A stretch of DNA of 64,000 bases, taken from NCBI GenBank assembly GCA_015064395.1, contig SVSH01000011.1, positions 210 through 64,209 on the forward strand, read 5' to 3'. The DNA is from Oscillospiraceae bacterium (GTDB lineage Bacteria > Bacillota > Clostridia > Oscillospirales > CAG-272). Below are positions 38,888-49,129 of this stretch, in pieces. The number at the start of each line of letters is the position of its first letter. Position 1 is the first letter of the stretch. The notes beneath the pieces are model-generated. The model made no database searches. It was not told the DNA's origin and saw nothing but the letters and a program-made list of their open reading frames with translations. A program made the position numbers and the translations under genes.

Positions 38888-39402
38888 TTGTTTTCCTCCT
38901 TGCTCTGTTTTTCATAAAAGGCGCGCATATAGGGGCGCTCCAGCCAGCGCTTGAAGCGGACGAAGGCTGTTTTTTTATCTCGGATGGGAGGAACGATGAT
39001 GACCTTCAGGCCAAGATGCTTGCCGCCCAGGGCGTCGGTCAAGAGCTGATCGCCAAGAACGGCGACCTGCTCGCGGGGCAGTCCCCACCCCTTCATCACC
39101 CGCCGGAAGGTCACGCCAAAGGGCTTGGCGCTATGAAAGTAGGCCTCGCGTCCCAGCGTGGCGTTGAACTCATCCACGCGCTCGCGGTGATTATTGGAAA
39201 TGAGCGCGGTGCGAATGCCGGCGGCATCCAACGCGTCGAACCAGGCGCGATGGCGCTCGTCCGGGATAGGCTGCTCATACGGGGCGAGGGTATTATCAAT
39301 ATCGATCAGCAATGCGCGCACGCCGATGGACGCCAGGAAGGCGGGCGTTACGTCGTCGTAATGCTCGAATACATAGTCGGGGATCAAATATTTGGACAGC
39401 AC
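38884..39402 (-). CDS. YqeG-family HAD IIIA phosphatase
   Basis: DIDNTL, ISNN, AKP, GDQLLTD; GTG start behind AGGAGAGG. Confidence 0.88.
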   Translation of the reverse strand: MLSKYLIPDYVFEHYDDVTPAFLASIGVRALLIDIDNTLAPYEQPIPDERHRAWFDALDAAGIRTALISNNHRERVDEFNATLGREAYFHSAKPFGVTFRRVMKGWGLPREQVAVLGDQLLTDALGGKHLGLKVIIVPPIRDKKTAFVRFKRWLERPYMRAFYEKQSKEENK

Positions 39403-39519
39403 TTTGCCTCTCCTTCTCATCTTTGATACTCTGTATATTTTACCACACTTGGCGAATCCATGCAAGAGGGTTTGTCGCGAAAGTCTTTGCGGAAAAGTAA
39501 ATTTATTTCAAAAAATCCC

Positions 39520-39548
39520 TTGACAAGCGAAATAAATTGTGCTATGAT
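39520..39548 (+). promoter_or_regulatory. SigA promoter of the tRNA cluster
   Basis: TTGACA-17nt-TATGAT. Confidence 0.75.
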
Positions 39549-39575
39549 ATACGGGCGGTTCACAAGCATGCACAC

Positions 39576-39649
<74 letters not shown>

Positions 39650-39654
39650 TGAGT

Positions 39655-39731
39655 GTGCCTTTAGCTCAGTCGGATAGAGCAACTGCCTTCTAAGCAGTAG
39701 GTCGGGGGTTCGAATCCCTCAAGGCACGCCA
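39655..39731 (+). tRNA. tRNA-Arg(UCU)
   Basis: GTGCCTT/AAGGCAC acceptor, ACTGC-CTTCTAA-GCAGT anticodon arm, CCA. Confidence 0.95.
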
Positions 39732-39740
39732 TTTTTTTAC

Positions 39741-39818
39741 GGTGGGTATAGCTAAGTTGGTTATAGCGCCAGGTTGTGGCCCTGGAGGCCGTGGGTTCGA
39801 ATCCCATTACTCACCCCA
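39741..39818 (+). tRNA. tRNA-His(GUG)
   Basis: G-1 plus GTGGGTA/TACTCAC acceptor, CCAGG-TTGTGGC-CCTGG anticodon arm, C discriminator, CCA. Confidence 0.95.
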
Positions 39819-39956
39819 GAATAAGAAAAGCACGGAGTTCACTCCGTGCTTTTCTTATTCTGAGCGAACGAACCGATTCAGAGCCCCGCCATTTGCTTTG
39901 CAAATGGCAAGTTTGCGCATAGCTGTACTTTGATTTGTGCTAAACTGTGGCGCAAA

Positions 39957-39988
39957 CGTGGGTTCCCAATCCCATTACTCACCCCAGA
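39957..39988 (+). repeat. Second copy of the tRNA-His 3' end
   Basis: CGTGGGTTCCCAATCCCATTACTCACCCCAGA versus CGTGGGTTCGAATCCCATTACTCACCCCAGA at 39790-39820; followed by a terminator hairpin. Confidence 0.85.
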
Positions 39989-40083
39989 AACGAAAGAAGC
40001 AGGTTTTTAATCTGCTTCTTTTTTATTTTGCAGGAGATGGAGTTCAAACAACTTCTCCTTTTGACGCGCGTGGGGAGGAGAGT

Positions 40084-40670
40084 GTTTGAAATTTAGTTTA
40101 GCTTTCTATCCTTGGGCGCGACACAACGCGTCGCGCTATGTGAGTCTGCTACTTCTTGGCGTTTCCCAAGAAGTAGCCAAGAAGGAACCCAAGGGGACAC
40201 CCCTTGGAACCCCTCCCCCGACGGCTTTTCGAGCGCCGTCGGGACGTTTATTTTTGCCAGCCTCCGCCATCTTGGGCGCATGAGCGCACGCCCAAGATGG
40301 GTGCGCTTTGGCAAGAACTCTTGCTTTCTCCGCCTGCCGCTCGTGTTGGCAGAATTGGAGGCACAGCACGAAAAGCGTATATGCCAGAGTTTTATGGTTG
40401 TGCTTGCACAACGCCCGTGTTCAGCGGGCGAATAAAACTCCCTATTTCGGCGCAAGCCGAAATGTGTGATCTCTCGTCCTCCTCTTTGCAGAGCGGCAAT
40501 ACCAGGGGGAACGCCTGGGCGTCCTTTCTTTCGCCATTTCTTTGCGACGAGGCAAAGAAATGGCATCCCTGCCGGTACAGCGCGGCGCGCAGCTCGACAA
40601 AGTCGAGGTGGGCTGTACGCGCGTCAAAAGAAGAAGTTGTTTGAAATTTAGCTTTCTATCCTTGGGCGCG
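40084..40670 (-). repeat. Family-1 element, copy G (reverse, direct terminal repeats, internal insertion)
   Basis: GTTTGAAATTTAG..CTTTCTATCCTTGGGCGCG at 40084 and 40639; additional end fragment at 40041-40072. Confidence 0.9.
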
Positions 40671-40750
40671 CCATTCGTAGAAGAAGATGTTAAAAGTCCC
40701 CTAAAACTAAAAAACAGCAAGGCAACCTTCCGCTTGCCTTGCTGTTTCCT

Positions 40751-42019
40751 TTATTCTTCTACCAATTCAATATCCGCACCAACGGCACGCAGTTTTCCAA
40801 CAATATCATAATATCCCCGCTCAATGGTCTCAGCAACCTCCAAAATGCAGGTCTCGCCCTCGGCCGCAAGGCCCGCAATCACCATTGCCGCCCCTGCACG
40901 CAGGTCGGTGGAGGTCACGGTCGCACCGTGCAGCGTCCGCACACCAACGATAGTCGCGGTGGAATTCTGATCATCCACGTTGATAGCCGCGCCCATGCGC
41001 TGCAGCTCCTCGACGTAGCGGAACCGCTTTTTGAAGACGTTTTCCGTCACCGTGCTGATGCCGTCCGCGATAGACAAAAGTGCCGTTATCTGGGGTTGCA
41101 TATCCGTCGGAAAGCCGGGATAAGGCACGGCCTGAATATTGGCACTGCCAAACGAGCCCGTGGTTTTGACCGTAATGCGGTCGCCCTCGTCAAGAACGGT
41201 AATTCCCATCTCTCGCATTTTGGCGCTGACCGCGTCCAAATGGCGGGAGATGACGTTGTCCAAGACCACTTCCCCCTTCGTCGCGGCGGCGGCAACCATA
41301 TACGTACCCGCCTCGATCATATCGGGAATGATGGTATAATGGCACCCATGCAGCTTCTCCACGCCCCGCACCTTGATGATGGAGGTACCGGCGCCCGTGA
41401 TATGTGCGCCACAGTTGTTGAGAAAGCTGGCCAGATCGACGATATGGGGCTCGTGCGCCGCGTTTTCAATGGTGGTCACACCCTCGGCTGTGCAGGCGGC
41501 CATCAGAATATTGGCCGTCGCGCCGACCGAAATATTATCCATGATGATCTTGGTGCCCTTGAGCCGGCCGTGGACAAAGGCCGAAACGTAGCCGTCGTCG
41601 TCCGTCACGGTTGCGCCCAGTGCCACAAAGCCTTTTTTATGCAGGTCGATGGGGCGCGCACCGAAATTACAACCGCCCGACAGTCCCACCTTGGCGCGGG
41701 AGAAGCGGGCAAGCTCGGAGCCGATCAGATAAGTCGAGCCGCGAAGCCGACGCACCAGAGCCGCCGGTGAGGTCCCCTGTCGCACGCCGCGGGTGTCGAT
41801 CTCCACCTGCGTAGGGCCGGAGCGTCGAACCGTCGCACCCATGTTGGAAAGAATATCCAACGCAACTTGAATGTCGCCCACCGGAGGAAGATTATCCACG
41901 GTGCACACGTCATTTGTAATGATCGTAGCAAATAATATGGGCAGTGCGGCGTTTTTCATGCCGCCGATCTCGATATGTCCCTTGAGCGGTCGCCCGCCCC
42001 GGATCTTGATTTTTTTCAT
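40751..42019 (-). CDS. murA: UDP-N-acetylglucosamine 1-carboxyvinyltransferase
   Basis: GMKNAALP, GGCNFGARPIDLH, SVGATAN, PYPGFPTDMQP, TDLRAGAA, ERGY. Confidence 0.95.
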   Translation of the reverse strand: MKKIKIRGGRPLKGHIEIGGMKNAALPILFATIITNDVCTVDNLPPVGDIQVALDILSNMGATVRRSGPTQVEIDTRGVRQGTSPAALVRRLRGSTYLIGSELARFSRAKVGLSGGCNFGARPIDLHKKGFVALGATVTDDDGYVSAFVHGRLKGTKIIMDNISVGATANILMAACTAEGVTTIENAAHEPHIVDLASFLNNCGAHITGAGTSIIKVRGVEKLHGCHYTIIPDMIEAGTYMVAAAATKGEVVLDNVISRHLDAVSAKMREMGITVLDEGDRITVKTTGSFGSANIQAVPYPGFPTDMQPQITALLSIADGISTVTENVFKKRFRYVEELQRMGAAINVDDQNSTATIVGVRTLHGATVTSTDLRAGAAMVIAGLAAEGETCILEVAETIERGYYDIVGKLRAVGADIELVEE

Positions 42020-42110
42020 AAAACAAACCTCGCAAGCCTAAAACTCACACGAACGAACAATTCCCGTCAACAGGAAACCATTGACAGTATATGCGTTCTC
42101 TGACGAAAGG

Positions 42111-43310
42111 TCACAGCAGTGACATACGGTAGGTAGCGATGGGGCGCGTCTCACCGCGGGCAATGACGGTCTCCGCTTCGCCCTCTCGAACGATGATAGC
42201 TTGAGCCGTCTCGGAAACGACAGGCGCCCACTCCGTCTCGGGCATGGCGTCCCCCTTGCGGTAAATCAGGCAAACGAGTCCATCATCTGCGGGTGAAACC
42301 AACGTATGGGCAGGCGCGTCCGTCCAACGGAGTGCCGTAGCGGCATCAAAGGGATGGGTGGCAATATCAACCAGGTCGGACACGATCGCCCCTGCTGTGG
42401 GCAGCTTGCCTGCGCCGCGGCCATAGAACAGCGTCTGCCCCAGCATATCGGTGTCGATCAGGACGCCGTTGAACACGTCGTCAATATTGGCGAGAGGATT
42501 TTGGCGAGAGACAAAGCAGGGTGCGACCCAGAGGGTCAGGTGATCCTCCACTCTCCCCATGTGCCCGATGAGCTTGATGGCGCAATTCATCGCTTTGGCA
42601 ATAGAAACGTCCGCCTCGGTGATATAGCGGATGCCCTCCACCGGTACGGTGTTGGGATCGATGCGCAAGCCCGTCGCCATCGCGGTCAAAATCACGATCT
42701 TGCGGGCGGCATCGTGGCCATCCACGTCCGCCGAAGGATCGCGCTCGGCATAGCCCTTCTGTTGCGCCTCGCAAAGTGCCGTTTCAAACGAGACACCCCC
42801 ACGTGCCATACGGGTGAGGATATAGTTAGTCGTACCGTTGAGAATCCCGTCGATGGTCTGGACACGGTTGGCCGCCATGTCCTGGGAAAGCGGGCGCAGC
42901 ACGGGAATGCCGCCGCCAACGCTGGCCTCAAACAGATAACGAACCCCTTTTTCCGCTGCCAAAGACAGCAGCTCCGTGCCAAAATTGGCTACGACCTCCT
43001 TGTTGGAGGTAATGACCGACTTGCCCGCCTCAAGGGACGCACGAGTAAACTCATACGCAGGGTGTGAGCCACCCATCATTTCGATGACGACGTCGACCTC
43101 GGGGTCATTGACAATGGTATTAAAATCATGTACGATGCGGTCAGCGAAGGGGCTATCGGGAAAATCACGCAGATCGAGTATATATCGAATATCCGCACCG
43201 CGGCCGGTCGCGTCCACAATACGGTCCTGGTTTTCTGTGATTACTTGTGCAACGCCACTGCCCACAACGCCAAAGCCGAGCAGGGCAACCGTCAACTGTT
43301 TGTTCTTCAT
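42111..43310 (-). CDS. hom: Homoserine dehydrogenase
   Basis: GFGVVGSG, TSNKE, EASVGGGIP, GILNGTTNYIL, YGRGAGKLPTA. Confidence 0.94.
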   Translation of the reverse strand: MKNKQLTVALLGFGVVGSGVAQVITENQDRIVDATGRGADIRYILDLRDFPDSPFADRIVHDFNTIVNDPEVDVVIEMMGGSHPAYEFTRASLEAGKSVITSNKEVVANFGTELLSLAAEKGVRYLFEASVGGGIPVLRPLSQDMAANRVQTIDGILNGTTNYILTRMARGGVSFETALCEAQQKGYAERDPSADVDGHDAARKIVILTAMATGLRIDPNTVPVEGIRYITEADVSIAKAMNCAIKLIGHMGRVEDHLTLWVAPCFVSRQNPLANIDDVFNGVLIDTDMLGQTLFYGRGAGKLPTAGAIVSDLVDIATHPFDAATALRWTDAPAHTLVSPADDGLVCLIYRKGDAMPETEWAPVVSETAQAIIVREGEAETVIARGETRPIATYRMSLL

Positions 43311-43469
43311 AGGGCTTCCTCCCTTACGTGTCACATGGGAATGCATATAGTATACCATATTTTTATACATCTTGTAAATAATTTTCTTGAAAAAATCGAA
43401 AAAGTATGATATGATAGTATGAAGAACACGAAAATCCCCCAAAAACGGGAAGAAACGGAGGTATGAAGC

Positions 43470-44033
43470 ATGGCAAGCTCGGCGCTGGGCGGCAAGCGAA
43501 ACGTCAAGATTTTTCTGTTGTATCTGATGCAAAACGTTCGCATTCCCCTCGATTTTGCAACACTCAATGACATGGTCATGCAAACGGACTACGTCATGTA
43601 TCTGGACATGGCCGAGGCGTTTCATGAAATGCTGGACGACGCCCTGATCGAAACGGCACCCGCCGAGGAGGGCGTCACCGACGACACCCCCCGCTATATC
43701 GTCACGCAAAAGGGACGCATCGTGGCAGAGCAGCTGCACAGTGAATTGCTCCCCACCATTTTGGACGAGAGCCTGCGCTGTGCCCTGCGCTATCTGGATT
43801 TTCGCCGCCGCGGCATCACCACGCACTGCACCGTCACCCCTGCCGCCGACGGCACGGCAGAATTTTTCTGCTCGGTCGAGCAGCACGGCAAGGTGCTGTT
43901 TGAGACCCGTGTCAGCGTCGATTCCATGACGCGCGCACGCCAAATGGAGGACAACTTCCGCGCCCGCCCCGAGGCCATCTACAAGGGTATGTGGTCCCTG
44001 CTTTCGGGTAACGTGAATTATTTGTTTAGTTAA
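43470..44033 (+). CDS. DUF4364-like winged-helix protein
   Basis: KIFLLYLM...Y.VTQKG...IYK pattern. Confidence 0.7.
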   Translation: MASSALGGKRNVKIFLLYLMQNVRIPLDFATLNDMVMQTDYVMYLDMAEAFHEMLDDALIETAPAEEGVTDDTPRYIVTQKGRIVAEQLHSELLPTILDESLRCALRYLDFRRRGITTHCTVTPAADGTAEFFCSVEQHGKVLFETRVSVDSMTRARQMEDNFRARPEAIYKGMWSLLSGNVNYLFS

Positions 44034-44050
44034 AAGACGGATTATGATTA

Positions 44051-44098
44051 GGGGAACTTTTTGAAAAAAGTTCCCCTATGACCCCTCAAAAACTTTTA
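44051..44098 (+). repeat. Family-2 short hairpin unit
   Basis: GGGGAACTTTTTGAAAAAAGTTCCCC...CCCCTCAAAAACTTT, as at 50215 and (reverse) 29727. Confidence 0.7.
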
Positions 44099-44302
44099 TA
44101 GAAGGAAAAGAAGCGTAGCCGGGGCAACTTCTTCTGGCCCTGTATGGGAAAGAAAATTTGCTATTCGGCAGATACTACCGCAAGAAGCGGGGCCCCCACC
44201 CCATCTTCTCCACTATATGAGAGAACCTATGGGAAATGTTGCCTGTAAAAAGCAGAATTGTCCCCACCGGATCCACGAGTCTAAACAAGAAAGGAGAATA
44301 TC

Positions 44303-44881
44303 ATGCCAAACGAGCTTCGTCCCGACACACTGCACCTGGCTAAGGATGGCGATCAAAGCGCCTTTGCTACTTTGCTGGCGCAGTATACACCCTTGATCGA
44401 GCATCAGCTCGTAAGTGCACGCGCCCGTCGCCCTGACATTCTCCCCGAGGATGAAAAGGATCTGCGGCAGGAAGCATATCTTGCCTTTTATCGGGCGCTG
44501 ATGAGCTTCGACGTTTCCCAAGGCGAGGTCAGCTTCGGGTTGTACGCCAAGATCTGCATTGAGAACGGATTGATCTCGGCACTCCGTAAGATGCGGCCGT
44601 CTGCCGAGTCTCTTGACACCGAGCGCATGGCCGAGCTGCCTGCGGGAAACGAGGGCGATCCGACCCGACGATTGCGCGAGCAAGAGGACTATGAGGCGCT
44701 GTGCCGCCGCATCTCGCTCGTGCTCTCGCCGTATGAAAACACCATCTGGCAGCGCTACGTAGCCGGGCGGACCGCCGCGGAGATCGCCGCTGAATTGGGG
44801 CGCGATCACCGTTCCATCCACAACGCCATTTATCGCATTCGGCACAAGCTGCGCGGGGTGGAGGATCTGAAAAAGCATTGA
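44303..44881 (+). CDS. Sigma-70-family sigma factor (SigH-like)
   Basis: GDQSAFATLL..Y, DLRQEA, SFGLYAKICIEN, LSPYE, SIHNAIYRIRHKL. Confidence 0.85.
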   Translation: MPNELRPDTLHLAKDGDQSAFATLLAQYTPLIEHQLVSARARRPDILPEDEKDLRQEAYLAFYRALMSFDVSQGEVSFGLYAKICIENGLISALRKMRPSAESLDTERMAELPAGNEGDPTRRLREQEDYEALCRRISLVLSPYENTIWQRYVAGRTAAEIAAELGRDHRSIHNAIYRIRHKLRGVEDLKKH

Positions 44882-45006
44882 AGCAAAACAGAGGCAAGAG
44901 GACCGATCGGTCCTCTTGCCTCTTTGCTTGGAGAATCATTTATATTGAACTCATTTCCCTGACGAGCATCAAGCCGCATTCGCAGAAGCAATTCAGCAAA
45001 GGCTCC

Positions 45007-45819
45007 TCAAAGCTCCTTTGCCCACCGAACGGCATGCGAAAACCACGTTGCCGCCACAGGTGACAGGAGCGCCGGATTTCCTAACCACGTTCGCTCGTCG
45101 CACAGCGAAAGTCCGTGTATTCCGTGAGGATAGACATGAAGCTCGAAGGGAATGTGATGCTCCGACAGCGCGCCGGCAAACAAAAGAGAGTTTTCGACCG
45201 GTACGTTGCTGTCGTCCGCCGTGTGCCAAAGAAAAGCAGGGGGCGTCGTCTCGCTGACGGCAAGCTCCAGCGAGTATTCCTTTTGCTCGTCGTAGCTCGA
45301 CTCCTTGCCTGCCAGGTTCAAAAACGATCCTCGGTGTGCGTGTTTGCCTGCCGTGATCACAGGATAGCACAGGACCATGCCGTCCGGGCGTCCCATGCGT
45401 GTCGGAGCCTCCCCGAAGGCCGCGCGGACTGCACGGTGATCCCACAGCACCCCGGCCGATGCGGCCAGGTGCCCGCCGGCAGAGAAACCGGTGATCAGGA
45501 TGTGTTCGGGATCGACGTTGTATTCGGCCGCGTGCTCACGAACGTGGCGAATGGCAAGGCTCGCCTCGACCAGAGGCTCGTAATTTCCGGCGTGCTCGCA
45601 AATGCCGTAGTGCAGTACAAACGCCTGAAAACCGGCGTTCAGCCAGGCAAGGGCGACGACCTCGTCCTCCCGCTCGGACAATCCGTGGTAGCCACCACCC
45701 GGACAGACGATCACGGCGCGGCGGGGCGTCGGGGGAACACGCGTCATTTCTCTATGCAGATAGGCAACGAGATGGGCGTGGGGGTATTGCGGGAAAATAT
45801 GCAGCGTTTCAATTTTCAT
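45007..45819 (-). CDS. Alpha/beta hydrolase (esterase)
   Basis: CPGGGY, GFSAGGHLA, DDSNVP, HG. Confidence 0.9.
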   Translation of the reverse strand: MKIETLHIFPQYPHAHLVAYLHREMTRVPPTPRRAVIVCPGGGYHGLSEREDEVVALAWLNAGFQAFVLHYGICEHAGNYEPLVEASLAIRHVREHAAEYNVDPEHILITGFSAGGHLAASAGVLWDHRAVRAAFGEAPTRMGRPDGMVLCYPVITAGKHAHRGSFLNLAGKESSYDEQKEYSLELAVSETTPPAFLWHTADDSNVPVENSLLFAGALSEHHIPFELHVYPHGIHGLSLCDERTWLGNPALLSPVAATWFSHAVRWAKEL

Positions 45820-45848
45820 ACATCTGATCCTTTCGACGATGGGAAGAT

Positions 45849-46886
45849 TTATTTTTCCAGTGCCAGCCTTACGATCTCCTCGCACAAAGCGCCATAGTCA
45901 AGACCCATCTCGGCCGCCATCTGGGGCAGAAGACTGGTGGGCGTCATGCCGGGCAGTGCGTTGGCCTCCAGACACCACATGACGTCATGTTCATCCATGA
46001 TGTAATCAAAGCGGGCAAGAGAATCCAGCGACAGCGCATCAAACCCGCGCAGTGTCAGCTCCTGTACCCGTCGGGTCTGATCCTCCCGCAGGGGCGCCGG
46101 ACACAGCTCCAGCGTCAGCCCACCCTGATATTTGTTCGTGTAGTCATAAAAGCCCTCTTTGGGGATGATCTCGATGGGGCACAGCGCGCGCTTGCCCAGG
46201 ACACCGACGGTCAGTTCGCGCCCCTCGATCTTCTTCTCGACGATCAGCTTGCCCTCCCAGGACAAGCCCTTGGTCAGCGCCGCGTCCAGCTCGTCCTCGG
46301 ATTCCACGATGGAAACACCCACGCTTGACCCACAGCTGCAGGGCTTAATGACGCAGGGGAGCCCGATCTCATCAAGAATACGGGCGCGGTAATTCTGCTC
46401 GCGGTTAGGGTAGACCGTGATCCAGTCGGGCGTAGGGATGCCGGCGGCGCGCAACAGGATCTTGGAAATTTCCTTATCCATGGAAAGGGCGGCACCAAGT
46501 GAGCCCGTTCCCGTGTAGCGGATGCCGTTGCAGTCCAGCCAGGCCTGAAGTCTGCCGTCCTCGCCCATGCCGCCGTGCATGGCCACGTAAACGACGTCAG
46601 CGGCTTGGCACAGCGTCAAAACACCCGGACCAACCAGGCGCTCCCCGTTGCCGCTCTGCTCCTTAAGGGCGGCCAGGTCGGGCACCTTGGTGCTGACGGT
46701 ATGGTGGTAATCTCCCTCTGTACGGAACTGCGAGAGGGGATCGCCCTCAAAGGCAAGACCGAGATATACGTCGAGCAAGAGGACACGATGTCCGTTTTTC
46801 AAAAGGGCGTTGGCAATGAGCGAGCCTGAGGTCAAGGATACCTCGCGCTCGGGCGACAGCCCCCCGGCTAAAACTACGATATTCAT
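45849..46886 (-). CDS. ddl: D-alanine--D-alanine ligase
   Basis: GGLSPEREVSL, HGGMGEDG, GSSVG, FYDYTNKY, EANALPGMT. Confidence 0.93.
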   Translation of the reverse strand: MNIVVLAGGLSPEREVSLTSGSLIANALLKNGHRVLLLDVYLGLAFEGDPLSQFRTEGDYHHTVSTKVPDLAALKEQSGNGERLVGPGVLTLCQAADVVYVAMHGGMGEDGRLQAWLDCNGIRYTGTGSLGAALSMDKEISKILLRAAGIPTPDWITVYPNREQNYRARILDEIGLPCVIKPCSCGSSVGVSIVESEDELDAALTKGLSWEGKLIVEKKIEGRELTVGVLGKRALCPIEIIPKEGFYDYTNKYQGGLTLELCPAPLREDQTRRVQELTLRGFDALSLDSLARFDYIMDEHDVMWCLEANALPGMTPTSLLPQMAAEMGLDYGALCEEIVRLALEK

Positions 46887-46911
46887 AAAAACTCCTTCGG
46901 TCGGTGAGATA

Positions 46912-47754
46912 TTACAGTGTATGCGGTGGCGTGACAACGGCCATTCGTTCCTGCCCGCCCAGATCACGGTGGATGGCAACCGTATCACCCCGTTGGGCTG
47001 CCAGCGCGCGCAGTGCATCGCCCTGATCGTAGCCGATCTCAAACAAATAACAGCCGCCCGGCAGAAGGCAGGTGCGGTAAGGCTCGTCCAGTATACGGCG
47101 GTAGAAGATCAGGCCGTCCTCGCCGCCGCAGAGCGCAGCCGGTGGTTCAAAGGACAATTCGGGGGCAAGCGTTTGCATGGCGGCGGTGGTGATATAAGGT
47201 GGATTGGACAGAATGGCGTCAAAGGCGCCAAGACCTGCCATGAAATCTCCACGAAGAACGTCTCCGCGGAGCAAGGTCAGACGATCCGGCGCGATCCCGT
47301 TGCGACGGGCGTTGCGCTCGGCGACGGCGAGTGTCCCCTCGAACAGATCGACCGCGACCGCACTCAGGTCAGGACGCTCGCAAAGCAAGGAAATGGAAAT
47401 ACAGCCGCTTCCCGTACAAAGGTCGATCACGCGACCGCCCCGGGGCAGGTGCCGGGCGGCGTATTCGACCAGGAGCTCGGTGTCGGGGCGAGGGATGAGG
47501 CAATCGGGCGACACCTCGTATTCCTGCCGCCAAAAGCCCCAGGTACCGATCAGATACTGCAGGGGATAATGTGCGGCACGCTGTTCGGCCGCGCGAGCCA
47601 GGGCCCCGTCCGGGTCGGCAAGAGGCTGATCGGGGGTGGTGTACACAACGTGGGCGGGAATACCCGTAAAATGCTCGGCCAACAGGCGCGCCTCATACGC
47701 CGCATTGTCAATGCCGGCGCGTGTGAATGTCTCTGTCAATTCGCGCAGCGTCAT
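46912..47754 (-). CDS. prmC: Release factor glutamine methyltransferase
   Basis: PLQYLIG, LIPRPDTE, DLCTGSG, SNPPY, EIGYDQ. Confidence 0.93.
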   Translation of the reverse strand: MTLRELTETFTRAGIDNAAYEARLLAEHFTGIPAHVVYTTPDQPLADPDGALARAAEQRAAHYPLQYLIGTWGFWRQEYEVSPDCLIPRPDTELLVEYAARHLPRGGRVIDLCTGSGCISISLLCERPDLSAVAVDLFEGTLAVAERNARRNGIAPDRLTLLRGDVLRGDFMAGLGAFDAILSNPPYITTAAMQTLAPELSFEPPAALCGGEDGLIFYRRILDEPYRTCLLPGGCYLFEIGYDQGDALRALAAQRGDTVAIHRDLGGQERMAVVTPPHTL

Positions 47755-47990
47755 GATGGTATCCTCCCCTCGTTGCTTGATAGCACCATTATAACAGATT
47801 TTGACAGCAATATCAACCGCTCGGCGCGCTTTTTTGCATATTTTACTAATGTTGCCATGTCAACATCTTTTTGGCGAAAAAGTATTGACTTTTTGTCGAA
47901 TATCCGTTATACTATAATTTAGTAACATATATTTAACACTTTGTTCATGAAGCTGTTGGCTGATAAACAGAACGAAAGGAATTTGTTCGC

Positions 47991-48962
47991 ATGGAAGAAC
48001 TCAAGGAAACGATCCAACCCGCGGAAGCTGTTGAGGAAGTGGAGGCCGAGGTCTCGACCGCGCCGGAGCAGCTCAAGGAGAGATACGTCGCTCCCAAGCG
48101 TCGCCGCAGATGGGGTGACCGAAAGGACGGAAGACTACTTCGCACCATTCCCCCGATGTCTCGCCTGATGCCCTTTATCATGCCCTATCGCTATGACGCT
48201 TGTAATCAGTTCTCCGACTCGTTCGACGTGACCGAGGCTGATAAGTATTGCCGCCGCAAGATCCGCGAGGGGTATACCAACTTTAACTTTATGCATCTGC
48301 TCATCGCTGCCTACGTACGCGCAGCTTCGCAATACCCCGCCATCAACCGCTATGTAGCAGGACAGCGTATCTATGCCAGAAACGAGATCAGCGTGGTCAT
48401 GACGATCAAAAAGAGCATGGATATCGACGCAGTCGATACCTGTATCCGCGTCACCTTCGCGCCCGATGATACGGCTGTCGAAATCTATGAAAAGTTCAAC
48501 AAAGTGATTGAAGCGTACCAGGCTGAGGAAGAGGCCAAGAGCAGCTTGGACGGTATTATGGACTTCTTTACCAAGTTCCCCCGCTTCATTTTGCGCGGTG
48601 TGGTTCGCCTGGTCAAATGGTTTGACTATCACGGCATCGTGCTGCTGCCCGATCTGCCCTTCTATGGCTCCATGATCATCACCAGCATGGGCTCCTTGGG
48701 TATCCCGACCATCTATCACCATCTGTATGAATTTGGTAACCTGCCCGTGTTCCTGGCCTTTGGCAAGAAGTATTACAAGCTGGTCATGGACCACGAGGGC
48801 AATCTCTCCAAGCGCCGCCACATTGACCTTAAGGTCGTGACCGACGAGCGTATCTGCGACGGCTTCTATTATGCCTCTGCTTTTAAGTACATCAAAAAGC
48901 TCATCGAGCACCCCGAGGCACTGGACGAGCGCCCCGAGCAGGTCGTCGAGGACGTCGACTGA
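47991..48962 (+). CDS. Stand-alone 2-oxoacid dehydrogenase acyltransferase-like catalytic domain protein
   Basis: RKDGR, YPAINR, ITSMGSLG, DERICDGFY; no lipoyl domain. Confidence 0.75.
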   Translation: MEELKETIQPAEAVEEVEAEVSTAPEQLKERYVAPKRRRRWGDRKDGRLLRTIPPMSRLMPFIMPYRYDACNQFSDSFDVTEADKYCRRKIREGYTNFNFMHLLIAAYVRAASQYPAINRYVAGQRIYARNEISVVMTIKKSMDIDAVDTCIRVTFAPDDTAVEIYEKFNKVIEAYQAEEEAKSSLDGIMDFFTKFPRFILRGVVRLVKWFDYHGIVLLPDLPFYGSMIITSMGSLGIPTIYHHLYEFGNLPVFLAFGKKYYKLVMDHEGNLSKRRHIDLKVVTDERICDGFYYASAFKYIKKLIEHPEALDERPEQVVEDVD

Positions 48963-49065
48963 TCGGCATATGAATCAAAAGGAGCTTTTTTCGCCGAAAG
49001 CTCCTTTTTTTGCCGCCATTTTTTAATTTGTACCAAAAAAGTATAAATGTTTTTTCAAAACCCTC

Positions 49066-49094
49066 TTGACAAACGTCGAAAAGTATACTATAAT
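49066..49094 (+). promoter_or_regulatory. SigA promoter
   Basis: TTGACA-17nt-TATAAT. Confidence 0.78.
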
Positions 49095-49129
49095 GGTACT
49101 GTAATGAGAGCCGGACAGGAGGGAGCACC

